64,000 nucleotides of DNA from Candidatus Bathyarchaeia archaeon (GCA_050012255.1 JBEKHN010000011.1:9047-73046); one strand, 5' to 3'. Positions 39,301-49,320 are shown, counted from the stretch's first letter. Program-made: numbers and translations. Notes: generated by a model not told the origin, from the letters alone.

Positions 39301-39882
39301 TCAATGCTTGCAGTTGACGTTCAGGGTCTTTGCCAACCGTCTCAGGTCTTCATCGCTCATCCACTCTGTCTTAAGATAATTGCGGATTTTCTCATCACTC
39401 AGTCCCAGTCTCCTTGCCTCTCGGACTGCTACTCGGTAAGCTTCAATCTCAGTCGGCCTCGCGGTGTAGCTGTAATGAAAGTCGAAAAGCTCCTTGCCTT
39501 CCATGAGCTGTTTTACGTGAACGAGCTCGTGTATGAGGTCGAGGTAAATGTCAACCCTGTCGCCGTGGTTAAGGTAGTTGGAGCTTATCATGAGGTGACC
39601 GTCTGCGCTGTTGACCCACATGTAGCCGCCTATCCAAGTTAAATCGATCTTAAGATTGCGCAAGACTTCATCTGTTCCTTCGCCGAAGATCTCCCTGACA
39701 GCTTGAACCTTTTCCATGCCCTTGAAGTATTCCGTGAACAGATGTGATGAGATACTCAACCGAAGCATTTCATCCGTGTGGAGCACCCTGAGAATGCGAA
39801 ACACGTTGAGCATCAGGTGCTCGCGCCAATCCACAGTTACACCATCCCTACTTCGTTCGAGGGCTCCTTTGTTCGAAGACAT
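39301..39882 (-). CDS. hypothetical zincin-like protein (start uncertain)
   Basis: HELVH and downstream PTEIEAY. Confidence 0.65.
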   Translation of the reverse strand: MSSNKGALERSRDGVTVDWREHLMLNVFRILRVLHTDEMLRLSISSHLFTEYFKGMEKVQAVREIFGEGTDEVLRNLKIDLTWIGGYMWVNSADGHLMISSNYLNHGDRVDIYLDLIHELVHVKQLMEGKELFDFHYSYTARPTEIEAYRVAVREARRLGLSDEKIRNYLKTEWMSDEDLRRLAKTLNVNCKH

Positions 39883-39888
39883 GCTGAG

Positions 39889-41328
39889 CTAGCGCTTCTC
39901 AAGTCTCCATTTAACACCTTGAGAGGTGTCCTCTACTATCACGCCCATAGCCTTGAGCTGCATTCTAATCTGGTCGGCTGTCTTCCAGTCTTTAGCCTTT
40001 CTGGCCTGCTCTCTCTTCTGGACAAGTTCTTCAGCCTCTTTCGAAAGCTTCGCTTCCTCCTTGACTTCGCCGATCACACCGAGAACCCCGTCGAATCTAT
40101 TCATCAGACTCTGGACTTCTTGTGCCTCTTCTTTGCTGAGCAGATTGCCGTCCAGAAGGACGTTGACTTCCCTTACAAAATCAAAAAGTGCCGCCAGGGC
40201 CTCACTTATGCCTAGGTCGTCATCCATTGCTTCGGTGAAGTCTTTTTCCACGCGTTCCATGAGCAGCTTTGCGCTCTCTCCAGAACCTTTTCCATCCGAA
40301 TCTCTGAGTCTGTACATGAAATTGGTCAGGCGTTCAATGGCTCCTTTGGCAGCCTCGAGCCCTTCGAGAGTGAAATTGAATTGTTGTCTGTAGTGAGTTG
40401 CTAACAGCAGATAACGAACGGCTTTCGCGTCATAACCCTTCTTCATTAAGTCGCTCAGAGTGTAATAGTTGTGGAAGCTTTTGGCCATTCGCTTTCCTTC
40501 GGATAGCAACCACTCGTTGTGAAGCCAGTAATTCACGAACTTCTTGCCTGTGGCCGCTTCGCTCTGGGCAATCTCGTTTTCGTGGTGCGGAAACAGGTTG
40601 TCCACGCCGCCGCAGTGAATGTCTAAGGTTTCGCCTAAATATTTCATCGACATCGCCGAGCACTCGATGTGCCATCCGGGTCTCCCCTTGCCAACCTCTG
40701 TTTCCCAGAAAACAGGGCCGTCTTGTTCGTCCCAAGCTTTCCAGAGGGCAAAATCGCGGGCTTCCTCTTTTGCGTACTCGTCAGCCTTCACTCTGGCGCC
40801 GATCTTGAGTTCTTCAACCTTGATTCTTGCAAGCCTGCCGTAGTCTTTGAACTTTGAAATGTCATAATAGACTGAGCCATCCTTGCCTCGGTATGCGTAA
40901 CCCTTCTCGAACAGTTTCTTGATCAAGGAAACCATTTCAGGAATGTGTTCCGTGGCTCTTGGGTAGTACTCTGCTTCTTGAATGTTCAGTCTTGTCACAT
41001 CTTCAAAGAAGGCCTTTACGTATCGTTCTGTGTACTCGTTAAGCGGTTTGCCCTCTTCTCTTGAACCCTTAATCGTTTTGTCATCCACATCCGTCAGGTT
41101 CATCACTTGGGTGACCTTGAACCCGCGGTATTCGAGCCACCTCCTTAGGAGGTCTTCGAAGAGGAAGGCTCTGAAGTTTCCTATGTGGCTGTAGTCATAG
41201 ACTGTTGGCCCGCAGGTGTACATCTTGACTTTTCCTCCTTCTATGGGAACGAACTTCTCCTTTGAGCGCGTCAAAGTGTTAAAAAACCGCAGGTTTTCAG
41301 CTTCTGATGTTTTCATGAGTTTTCCCAT
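39889..41328 (-). CDS. cysS: cysteinyl-tRNA synthetase
   Basis: CGPTVYD..HIGN, DFALWK, GRPGWHIECSAM, FPHHENE, RMAKS. Confidence 0.97.
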   Translation of the reverse strand: MGKLMKTSEAENLRFFNTLTRSKEKFVPIEGGKVKMYTCGPTVYDYSHIGNFRAFLFEDLLRRWLEYRGFKVTQVMNLTDVDDKTIKGSREEGKPLNEYTERYVKAFFEDVTRLNIQEAEYYPRATEHIPEMVSLIKKLFEKGYAYRGKDGSVYYDISKFKDYGRLARIKVEELKIGARVKADEYAKEEARDFALWKAWDEQDGPVFWETEVGKGRPGWHIECSAMSMKYLGETLDIHCGGVDNLFPHHENEIAQSEAATGKKFVNYWLHNEWLLSEGKRMAKSFHNYYTLSDLMKKGYDAKAVRYLLLATHYRQQFNFTLEGLEAAKGAIERLTNFMYRLRDSDGKGSGESAKLLMERVEKDFTEAMDDDLGISEALAALFDFVREVNVLLDGNLLSKEEAQEVQSLMNRFDGVLGVIGEVKEEAKLSKEAEELVQKREQARKAKDWKTADQIRMQLKAMGVIVEDTSQGVKWRLEKR

Positions 41329-41453
41329 AGAACTAGCGATGGAACATATTTAAGCATTTTAGCTTCAAGCCGAGATACAAGAGTCACGAAGCACTGAAGG
41401 AGACTTGAGCAACTGATATATGCAGTGTTTATAATACATCTGGAATCCTCAAA

Positions 41454-42716
41454 ATGAGCAGCTGGGTGGTGCAGAAATTTAAGACGTTCAAAGTGGTCCA
41501 TCTTCTTTTTATCATGGTCATCCTACTTTCAGTGATACTTCTCACTTTCCGTTCATTCTGCCAGTCTACGGGTGGAAACATATGGTACGTTCATGACACC
41601 ATTGACCCATCCTCGGACACGGTAAAATGGCGGGAAGTAGGAGCCATAGAGCAGACGCCAGATTGGATATTGGATGGAAGATGGTTTGCGATGTCAAAAC
41701 GTGAGAGCTTGGTCAGTGCCAACGACATCTTCGTCTCGATGTATGAAAGCTTCAACTGGTCAGCTGTCAAGTCTGCGTATCTCTTGCCTTTTCCCTCATT
41801 CAGCGAATTTGCTCAAAACCTGGCCAGTAACCGGCTGTCGTGGCTGAACGACACCTGGTTGATAGACACAGAATGGTACGGAATATCAGCCAACACGACT
41901 AAAATAAGATATTCTTACGACGAAGTTACGTCGGAGGCCCAGCTGTGGACTTGGTTCCACATCACCCGCATACCCGAGTACTTCGTGGGCAGCGAGAAAC
42001 TGACAGGCTGGCTCACGGGCTTCGACTTGAGCCCCATTTCCACGGGAGACCTCAGAGTCTACGAGTTCTCCGAGGACTCGAACGTAAATGGAACTGCCTA
42101 CAGCGTTTACTTTGAGGCGCCGGCCAACATGCTCTCTCAACACGGCGACAACTTTACGCTGAGCATCGGAATCTCCCCATCCTACCGTGGCCAGGTCGTC
42201 AACATGCAACAAACTATCGACATCAACATGCCCGCAACCACTGAAGTGAAGGAGATGTCCCCTGCTAACCTCTCCGTCGCTGCGAGCAATACTGCTTCGT
42301 TTGTTTTAACCAAGGATGACGTATACCCAGCATCGTTCTCGGTGGTAAGCGGCTCTCCGACGAAGCCGTTCGGTCAGGTCGTTTGGGAAAGCGCAAGTCT
42401 GTGGTTGGTCACGCCGGGTGGTTGGGCAGCGATCGCTACTTTGATCGTTCTGGGTTTCACAGCCATGCGCGGCAGAAGAATATGGCACCGAAACAGGCTC
42501 TACCATCGCATGTACAAGAGCATGGTTACCATCTACCATCTCTATTCAACGGACATGCTGAGGTTTCATCAGGAAATGGCGACCGTATCAAGTTCCATCT
42601 TTCAACTCGTGATCGAGGACAGGATTACCGACGAGCAGTTTGAAAGACTTCTGGTCAGAAGGGACGACCTGCTAAAGAGAGTGCAAAGTGAACAACCGCC
42701 CCCTCCAAAACAATGA
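41454..42716 (+). CDS. membrane-anchored protein: signal/TM, large extracellular domain, TM, helical cytoplasmic tail ending PPPPKQ
   Basis: 420-aa ORF, hydrophobicity pattern. Confidence 0.75.
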   Translation: MSSWVVQKFKTFKVVHLLFIMVILLSVILLTFRSFCQSTGGNIWYVHDTIDPSSDTVKWREVGAIEQTPDWILDGRWFAMSKRESLVSANDIFVSMYESFNWSAVKSAYLLPFPSFSEFAQNLASNRLSWLNDTWLIDTEWYGISANTTKIRYSYDEVTSEAQLWTWFHITRIPEYFVGSEKLTGWLTGFDLSPISTGDLRVYEFSEDSNVNGTAYSVYFEAPANMLSQHGDNFTLSIGISPSYRGQVVNMQQTIDINMPATTEVKEMSPANLSVAASNTASFVLTKDDVYPASFSVVSGSPTKPFGQVVWESASLWLVTPGGWAAIATLIVLGFTAMRGRRIWHRNRLYHRMYKSMVTIYHLYSTDMLRFHQEMATVSSSIFQLVIEDRITDEQFERLLVRRDDLLKRVQSEQPPPPKQ

Positions 42717-42833
42717 CCAGTGAACTTCAACGATGCGTTGTGATTCCTAAGAAATCCAAGACGAATTCCAAACAATGAACGAAACAAAAAGTGGAAAGGC
42801 TTGAAAGAGGTCAGCATCTTCTGACAATCGTAA

Positions 42834-43376
42834 CTACGGTGGCGGTGGAGGCGGGGGAGGCGGCGGAGCAGCCATGAACCCTTGCTTCACGTTGATCACA
42901 GTTGTGCCAGCGATACGGTCAAAGTATCTTTGCCGCGGGTCGGGTCCAGGAGTTGCAAAGCCGATCAGAATGTCAATGAGAAAGATGATCCAGAAGATTT
43001 TGCTTATGTTTCTGGTCAACACTTTGTTGGACGGTGCTTTGCTACCATCAAGCATCTGCACCTTCAAGCCCATCACTCTCTTTCCCAAGGTAGCTGCAGA
43101 AGTCGACGATTCCATAACAGTGGAATAAATGACGTAGAGCAGACCATAGAAGACGGGCACGAAGAAAACCCACACGAGCCACCAAAACGATGCAAACGCT
43201 CCATAAAGTGGTGCTCCAGTCCCGTTCCAGACTAGCACCCACCAAACGACCCAACCTACGATAGCCCAAGGCACACTGTCGATCAAGGCAGCCACGATCC
43301 TCAACAACCAATGCGTTCCGACATCAACTTGACCACCAGTATTTCCATATCCTGCAGACATCTTTCCATCTCGCAC
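42834..43376 (-). CDS. RDD family membrane protein with C-terminal polyproline
   Basis: RIVAALID, TLGK..MGL.V, QR..D.IAGT.V, terminal run of 10 Pro. Confidence 0.85.
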   Translation of the reverse strand: MRDGKMSAGYGNTGGQVDVGTHWLLRIVAALIDSVPWAIVGWVVWWVLVWNGTGAPLYGAFASFWWLVWVFFVPVFYGLLYVIYSTVMESSTSAATLGKRVMGLKVQMLDGSKAPSNKVLTRNISKIFWIIFLIDILIGFATPGPDPRQRYFDRIAGTTVINVKQGFMAAPPPPPPPPPP

Positions 43377-43542
43377 AGATATTCAATGTGATTCATTTTT
43401 ATTGCTTTCTATCGATCCATGGTAACAATGTCATGCGTGTTGAAATATCGCAAGCTCCGCGCCTGCTTTCAGAACGAAAATAGATTCGAGAGTCTGAAAG
43501 CTTATAAATCGATTCGCCAACTGAAGTCTGTGAAAGGGTGAA

Positions 43543-43914
43543 GTGATGAAAATGTCCAAACAAGAAAAAGCCATGACGAAAGACAGGCTGATTGGAATGC
43601 AAGTGATCGATGCTGAGGGAAACAATGCCGGAACCATAAAGGACATAGCGTTCACCGTTGGAAAAATGGGTATGACCATAATCGTTGAGACTGAGAAGAG
43701 TGGGGACATGGAAGTCCCGTGGGAACAGATTCAAGCAGCAGGAGACTACGTCCTGCTAAAACCAGCAACTACTCAAACCCAGACTTTCGGGCCGCAACCA
43801 ACGTTGCAGACGCAGCAAGCACAAGCACCTGTCTGCCCCACGTGCGGCGGACCCCTAACTTACATTCAACAGTATCAGAGATGGTACTGCTACAAAGACA
43901 AGAAGTACGTGTAA
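43543..43914 (+). CDS. PRC-barrel protein fused to a CPxCG...YQRWYC zinc-ribbon-like domain
   Basis: LIGMQVIDAEG..AGTIKDI...VPWEQIQAAGDYVLL; Q/T/P linker; CPTCGGPLTYIQQYQRWYCYKDKKYV. Confidence 0.8.
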   Translation: MMKMSKQEKAMTKDRLIGMQVIDAEGNNAGTIKDIAFTVGKMGMTIIVETEKSGDMEVPWEQIQAAGDYVLLKPATTQTQTFGPQPTLQTQQAQAPVCPTCGGPLTYIQQYQRWYCYKDKKYV

Positions 43915-44103
43915 AAAAAACTGCGCAATTTGCACCTCTTTCCATCTGCAGTTTTCCACAAGATCATATGGAAACGGCATTGTCATATTCATATCAAGAT
44001 TTTTCTGTAAGCTCGGGCCCTGCGGCAATCACTTAGATAAAGTCTTAAATACTCATGGGAAAGAAAACATGAGCTAAAGAAAAATCAATTATGAGGAATT
44101 TGC

Positions 44104-44682
44104 ATGGATTCAAGAGAAGGATATCTACACGACTATCTTGTAGCAAGCTTCGTTGGAATAGCTTTCGGCATGGTTGTTGCTTCTCCTGCGGGACTTGTGC
44201 TTGGGGACTGGGGAAGATACATAGGCGCAATGGTCGTAGCAGGTCTATTTGGCTTCGTTCCGGGCGGTCTGGCATCAGGCTACATCAACTTTAGGTTCCA
44301 TCAGATGGGAGAAAATTCGGAGATGAGCGGTCTGAGCGCTGGCTTCTTCACGGCCATTGTCTACACCATCGTTGATCTCATCATCACTTTGGTCTATGCG
44401 ATACTGGGTGCTGATGCTGGCAGGGTCTTCATCGGTTGGGTCATAGCGGTGGCCTTCGGATTCATATTCTTCACACTGGGAGGCTATCTTTCAGGTATGC
44501 TTGAAAAGAAACCGTTTGCGATGCCTAGCATGTTCAATCTTTCGCGAATTCAAAGAGGCGCTACGGCTCCTCCGCCACCACCGCCAGGAGCTGCGATGAC
44601 GTGTCCGAGCTGTGGCAGTCCGTTGAGATACATTCAGCAATACCAGCGATGGTACTGCGACAAAGAAAAGAAGTACGTCTGA
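44104..44682 (+). CDS. 4-TM glycine-rich membrane protein with polyproline linker and CPxCG...YQRWYC tail
   Basis: TM helices, APPPPPPG, CPSCGSPLRYIQQYQRWYCDKEKKYV. Confidence 0.8.
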   Translation: MDSREGYLHDYLVASFVGIAFGMVVASPAGLVLGDWGRYIGAMVVAGLFGFVPGGLASGYINFRFHQMGENSEMSGLSAGFFTAIVYTIVDLIITLVYAILGADAGRVFIGWVIAVAFGFIFFTLGGYLSGMLEKKPFAMPSMFNLSRIQRGATAPPPPPPGAAMTCPSCGSPLRYIQQYQRWYCDKEKKYV

Positions 44683-44782
44683 GCGCTTCCTCCTTCCTCT
44701 ATTTTTCTCTAGACTCAGGGACAGAGCAGATTTTTCCCTCCAGCTGACGGAAACGCATAAAGCACCTCGGGCAGAGTAGTTC

Positions 44783-45928
44783 TTGAACGAGATGTTACCT
44801 GAAGAAAGAAGTGCCACAGTTTTCTGGCCGTTGATAGGGCCTTGGTACGAGTCCCTGAAGAAACCTCAGGAGACCCAGAGGCAAGTGCTTTCTGGCTTGC
44901 TGAAGGAATATGCAAAGACGCGGTACGGAGAAGAGCACCACGCGTCCCAGACAGAAGATATCAGCGATTTCAGAAGAAACTTTCCAATAATCAACTATCA
45001 AGGTCTGAGCTCCTACTTGTCAGACATCATGAAAGGCGATTATAGCTCTATTCTTCCAGAACCACTCGCATGCTGGGTGATGACACGAGGTTCCACCGGC
45101 CCTGCAAAAGTGTTGCCCGCCACAAAGACACACATTGAGCAGATCCTGACATGTGGATCCAGAGCTCTGATAAACCATGCGCTAAGAAACAAGGACTATG
45201 AGCTTCTTGATGGCAAAATTCTGAACCTAAACTTCCCGTCCAATGTCCACACGATCGTGATGAACGGGCAAACGATGACTTACGGCTACAGTTCAGGAAC
45301 TTACGCAAAATTGATCCCTGCACTTGATAGGGTCGGACTTCTACCAAGGCAAGAGGAAATAGATGAGTTAGGATCAGGAATCACCAAGCGAGACTGGGAA
45401 AAAAGGTTTGAGCTGGTTTACCAACAAGCGCTCCACGAAAACGTGACTGGCGCGATGGGTGTGACTCCTGTGATCCTGTCTTTTGCTAAGTACATTGTGC
45501 GGAAACACGGTGAAAGACCGAAAGGACTTTGGAAATTGCGCGCACTATTCTGCACGAGTGTTCGAAAGATTCAGTTCAGGTACGCACCAAGGCTCCGTGA
45601 ACTCTTCGGAGATGTCCCAGTGGTGGAGATATACAGCGCAACGGAGGGAGTTTTCGGTCAGCAACTCGACGAGTTGCCATACGTTACTCCGAACTATGAC
45701 ACCTATGTCTTCGAGGTCAAAACTGGCCGAGGGATAAAGATGCTGCATGAACTTGAACGCGGAGAATGGGGTGAGTTAATAGTGTCCTCATGCCTGTTCC
45801 CAAGGTACGCCATCGGAGATATGATCGAGTCTGCGGGGAAGAACTATTTCCGCGTGTTTGGGAGACGCAATGCTCAAACGCTTCTCGAGCATAGGCTTCA
45901 CAGATTCTTTCTCGGATGGCTACTCTAA
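44783..45928 (+). CDS. GH3 (auxin-responsive / acyl acid-amido synthetase) family protein
   Basis: Q..VL..LL...A.T.YG, FR.N.PI..Y, TRGSTG..K..P, YSATEG, RY.IGD, FGR. Confidence 0.8.
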   Translation: MNEMLPEERSATVFWPLIGPWYESLKKPQETQRQVLSGLLKEYAKTRYGEEHHASQTEDISDFRRNFPIINYQGLSSYLSDIMKGDYSSILPEPLACWVMTRGSTGPAKVLPATKTHIEQILTCGSRALINHALRNKDYELLDGKILNLNFPSNVHTIVMNGQTMTYGYSSGTYAKLIPALDRVGLLPRQEEIDELGSGITKRDWEKRFELVYQQALHENVTGAMGVTPVILSFAKYIVRKHGERPKGLWKLRALFCTSVRKIQFRYAPRLRELFGDVPVVEIYSATEGVFGQQLDELPYVTPNYDTYVFEVKTGRGIKMLHELERGEWGELIVSSCLFPRYAIGDMIESAGKNYFRVFGRRNAQTLLEHRLHRFFLGWLL

Positions 45929-46311
45929 GGCCTCGGATGCCTCTTGACCAGCACGAAAGCGCCATAAATTGCCACGACGATCACTATTATCCCAATCAAG
46001 AGAAGAAAGAAAGCCCCAACCGTTCTCCAATCGTAGCCCGGATTAGAAACTCCAACAAAAGCTGCTACACCCAGAAATATGAGGATTAGACCCCCGATCA
46101 ATGGACCCAAAAACCCAAGCTCATGCTTCTCCCCTTTTTCACCTTTCTCGCGTTTCTCGGCTTTTTCGCTTTTCTCGGATTTTTCGCCTCTTCGATACTC
46201 TCTGAATCTCGACTCAGCAGGAGCTTGTGCCGCTTTCAATGGGGCCCCGCATTTGGGGCAAAAACTCATCTCTTCTGTGACTTCGGCACCGCATTTTGGA
46301 CAGTATGACAT
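45925..46311 (-). CDS. zinc-ribbon + 2-TM membrane protein
   Basis: YCPKCG...FCPKCG, EK-repeat linker, GGLILIFLG. Confidence 0.8.
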   Translation of the reverse strand: MSYCPKCGAEVTEEMSFCPKCGAPLKAAQAPAESRFREYRRGEKSEKSEKAEKREKGEKGEKHELGFLGPLIGGLILIFLGVAAFVGVSNPGYDWRTVGAFFLLLIGIIVIVVAIYGAFVLVKRHPRP

Positions 46312-46430
46312 GGTCCTTCACTCCTGTTTTCTGCCCTTCTATTTTAAACACTTAGTATTTAAAACATGTCCAAACCGAGAAATGTTATATACGTTCACGT
46401 GGTTAGAACAGTCCAAGAGGGGAATATTGA

Positions 46431-46991
46431 TTGAACTTCGGAGGATTCTCAAGAAGGCACAGAGAAGGACTTTTGAGTGCCGTCTCAGCGGGTTTCTTTT
46501 TGGTGTTGATCGGTCTGCTTTTCATTATTACACCCAATCTCTACAATTACACAGTCACATTCTTCAATAACTTCAACGCCACATCAGCTGTTCCCAACAC
46601 CCAAATACAGCTCCCTGCTCCCGACGCCCAGCAGTCAGCAAGCAACTTCACAGTGCGCGAGGCGAACCTGTATGTTTACTCAGCAGTGTGGCAATTCAGC
46701 TTGGCCTGGGGAATATTCCTCATTGCCCTACTGGTTATGAGGTTTGCATCCGATTCATCGTGGCGCAAAAAGGCAGAAAACATTTCAGACATTGTCTTTT
46801 GGTTCGGCATGATCTACTTGGTCCAAACGTGGCTCATAGATCCGACGAACAAGTACACCTCTCTGGCTCAAAACTACACGTCTCTGACTCAAACATGGTT
46901 CGAGTTCTGGTCTATGATAATAGTGCTTCTGGGAATATCCCTAATTGTCAGAGCAATCTGCCTGGCCGCTTACAGAAGAGAACACGCATAA
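46431..46991 (+). CDS. hypothetical 4-TM membrane protein
   Basis: hydrophobic segments. Confidence 0.7.
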   Translation: MNFGGFSRRHREGLLSAVSAGFFLVLIGLLFIITPNLYNYTVTFFNNFNATSAVPNTQIQLPAPDAQQSASNFTVREANLYVYSAVWQFSLAWGIFLIALLVMRFASDSSWRKKAENISDIVFWFGMIYLVQTWLIDPTNKYTSLAQNYTSLTQTWFEFWSMIIVLLGISLIVRAICLAAYRREHA

Positions 46992-46997
46992 ATAGAC

Positions 46998-47456
46998 ATG
47001 AACAGAAAACCAGATCAACAAACAAAGATGACGGTGACGATTATCCCGATAGCGTATTCCGAAGCTCCGGACGTGAAGAAGCTGGCCGACGAGATCGCAG
47101 AAAGTCTCGGGTTGTTCCACGTTGTTCCACAATATGTGTTCTGTGTCAGAAGCAAAGGGTCCGCATCCAGACGCACAATCGCCCGCATTCATGGCCTCGG
47201 CAAGGTCTGGCAGGAAACTCTCAACCGTCCAGCCTCATACGTGATCGAAGTGATCTCTGAAAAATACGACAAAATGACCGAGGAAGACAAGGAGAAAACC
47301 ATGATCCATGAGCTCCTGCACATCCCAAAAGCGTTTGCAGGCGGATTCCGACCCCACAAAGGTTACATCGACAACCAAACTGTGGAACATCTTCACAGAA
47401 CTTTTCAGAAAGAGAGATGTTCCAGAGGACAACTTTTTAAGGCGCACGAAGAATGA
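46998..47456 (+). CDS. putative metallopeptidase (archaeal/phage-type HExxH)
   Basis: RS.GS....ARIHGL, YVIEVISE, HELLHIP..F.GG.RPH. Confidence 0.8.
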   Translation: MNRKPDQQTKMTVTIIPIAYSEAPDVKKLADEIAESLGLFHVVPQYVFCVRSKGSASRRTIARIHGLGKVWQETLNRPASYVIEVISEKYDKMTEEDKEKTMIHELLHIPKAFAGGFRPHKGYIDNQTVEHLHRTFQKERCSRGQLFKAHEE

Positions 47457-47507
47457 GAGAAAAGAACCTCAGAATGACGGTTCACGCAGCATCATGAGAG
47501 ACGAGAA

Positions 47508-49121
47508 ATGAAATACTGCATGAAAAGTCTGGCACATAACGGAATCTATGTTCCCCAGTATGAATACAAAGGGTTTTCCGTCAGGATTCAGGGACAACCA
47601 GTAAAGTTGGGTCCGAAGACAGAGCAAATGGCAATCTTCTGGATAAGAAAGAGACAGTCACCAACTTCTCCTCCCGGCAAAGTTTTCTACAGGAATTTTA
47701 TCCAGGATTTCCTGACAGCTTTGAGGTCAGAAAACGCCTCACTGCGGTTTCTTGAGAGCTTCGAAACCGAGCATTTGAGCAGCCTAGACAAAGATGACAA
47801 CGAATGGCTGAACGACGGAAACACCGGCGTCGACTTCTCCGAAGTGGCGGCTTATCTGCTACAGGAACAGCAGAAAAAGCTGAACGTATCCAAAGAGGAA
47901 AAGAAGAGACTTGCGGCCGAGAGGAAAGCGGCGAGGGAGACTTTGAGAGAAAAGTATGGTTACGCTGTAGTTGATGGGAACAGGCTTGAAATAGCAAACT
48001 GGACCGCAGAGCCATCATGCATATTCGCAGGCAGGGGAGAACATCCGAAACGGGGGAAATGGAAAGAGGGGCCAATGCAAGAGGACATAATTCTCAACCT
48101 GCATCCTGACGGCCCCATGCCTTCAGGGAACTGGAAGGGCAGAGTCTGGGAAGCCGAAAAGATGTACCTTGCCAAATGGGAGGACAAACTCACTGGAAAG
48201 ATGAAATACGTCTGGTTTTCCGATTCCGCCTTCTTGAAACAGAAGGCTGAGGAAGAAAAGTTCAGAAAGGCTGAGAAGCTGAGCAAAGAGATTCCAAAGA
48301 TCAAAACTCACTTAATGAAGAACTTGGAATCTGAGGATTTGGATAGGCGAAAACTGGCCACTGTTAGCTGGCTGATTCTTGAAGTGAACATGAGGGTAGG
48401 CGACGAGAAAGATCCCGGAGAAGCAGACACTGTCGGAGCAATAACCCTGAGGCCGGAACACATCAAGATTGAAGGAAACACTTTGAACTTCGACTTTTTG
48501 GGCAAAGACTGCGTCAGATGGACCAAGAAAGTTGAAGCACCGCATGTCATCATCAAGAACATCGAGAGATTCTCAAAAGAATGCAAAGAATATCTTTTCG
48601 AAGGAACAGACTCGAGAAAAGTGTCAAGATTCCTCTCCGAGAAAATGAAGGGCTTAACGGCCAAGGTGTTTAGAACTTGGAGATGTACAACCACTGTCCG
48701 TGAACACCTGCAAAACTGCAAAACAAACAAGGAAGATCCAGAATATGTGAAGCAATATTGTGCCAAGAACGCTAATCTGGAAGCGGCCAAAATAGCCAAC
48801 CACAAGCGGAAGATCCCTCCAAATTTCGAGGAGAGACTCGCCAAAAAGCGTGACAGAGTCAAAGAACTCGAAATGAAGCTAAATGAGAAAACAGAACAAG
48901 GCAAGAAGACAGACACTCTTGTTAAAAGACTCGAAAAGAGCAGGCTTGATCTGAGACTGTCAGAGGAGACTAAAGAGTACAACCTTGGAACTTCTCTTAG
49001 ATCCTACATTGATCCCATGACTTACGTGAAATGGGCCGAACAGGTAGAGTTTCCTTTGGAGAAGTTTTATCCGAAGACCTTGAGAAATAAGTTCAGTTGG
49101 GCGCTAAGAAGAAAGTGCTAA
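47508..49121 (+). CDS. top1: type IB DNA topoisomerase (eukaryote-like)
   Basis: L.HNG, EP..IF.GRG.HPKRG.WK, MRVGDEK, DTVG...LR.EH, FDFLGKD, AKVFRT, NH, GTS..SYIDP catalytic Tyr. Confidence 0.93.
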   Translation: MKYCMKSLAHNGIYVPQYEYKGFSVRIQGQPVKLGPKTEQMAIFWIRKRQSPTSPPGKVFYRNFIQDFLTALRSENASLRFLESFETEHLSSLDKDDNEWLNDGNTGVDFSEVAAYLLQEQQKKLNVSKEEKKRLAAERKAARETLREKYGYAVVDGNRLEIANWTAEPSCIFAGRGEHPKRGKWKEGPMQEDIILNLHPDGPMPSGNWKGRVWEAEKMYLAKWEDKLTGKMKYVWFSDSAFLKQKAEEEKFRKAEKLSKEIPKIKTHLMKNLESEDLDRRKLATVSWLILEVNMRVGDEKDPGEADTVGAITLRPEHIKIEGNTLNFDFLGKDCVRWTKKVEAPHVIIKNIERFSKECKEYLFEGTDSRKVSRFLSEKMKGLTAKVFRTWRCTTTVREHLQNCKTNKEDPEYVKQYCAKNANLEAAKIANHKRKIPPNFEERLAKKRDRVKELEMKLNEKTEQGKKTDTLVKRLEKSRLDLRLSEETKEYNLGTSLRSYIDPMTYVKWAEQVEFPLEKFYPKTLRNKFSWALRRKC

Positions 49122-49320
49122 ACCCTTGTTGTTTTGGGTTCACTGAGGAGAATGGTAGAACTGCTTTTTGAGCGGGGAAAGGGGAAAATCAAAAATTGCT
49201 TTCTACCATCCTCCACGGTTAAGATTAAATTGCGTTGTACTCTTAACCTTGTCGTAATCTCTGGCTCTTCGGAACTTTGTCCCATGACAGATGGGACGCA
49301 TGAGAGACAATGTTAGTTTC

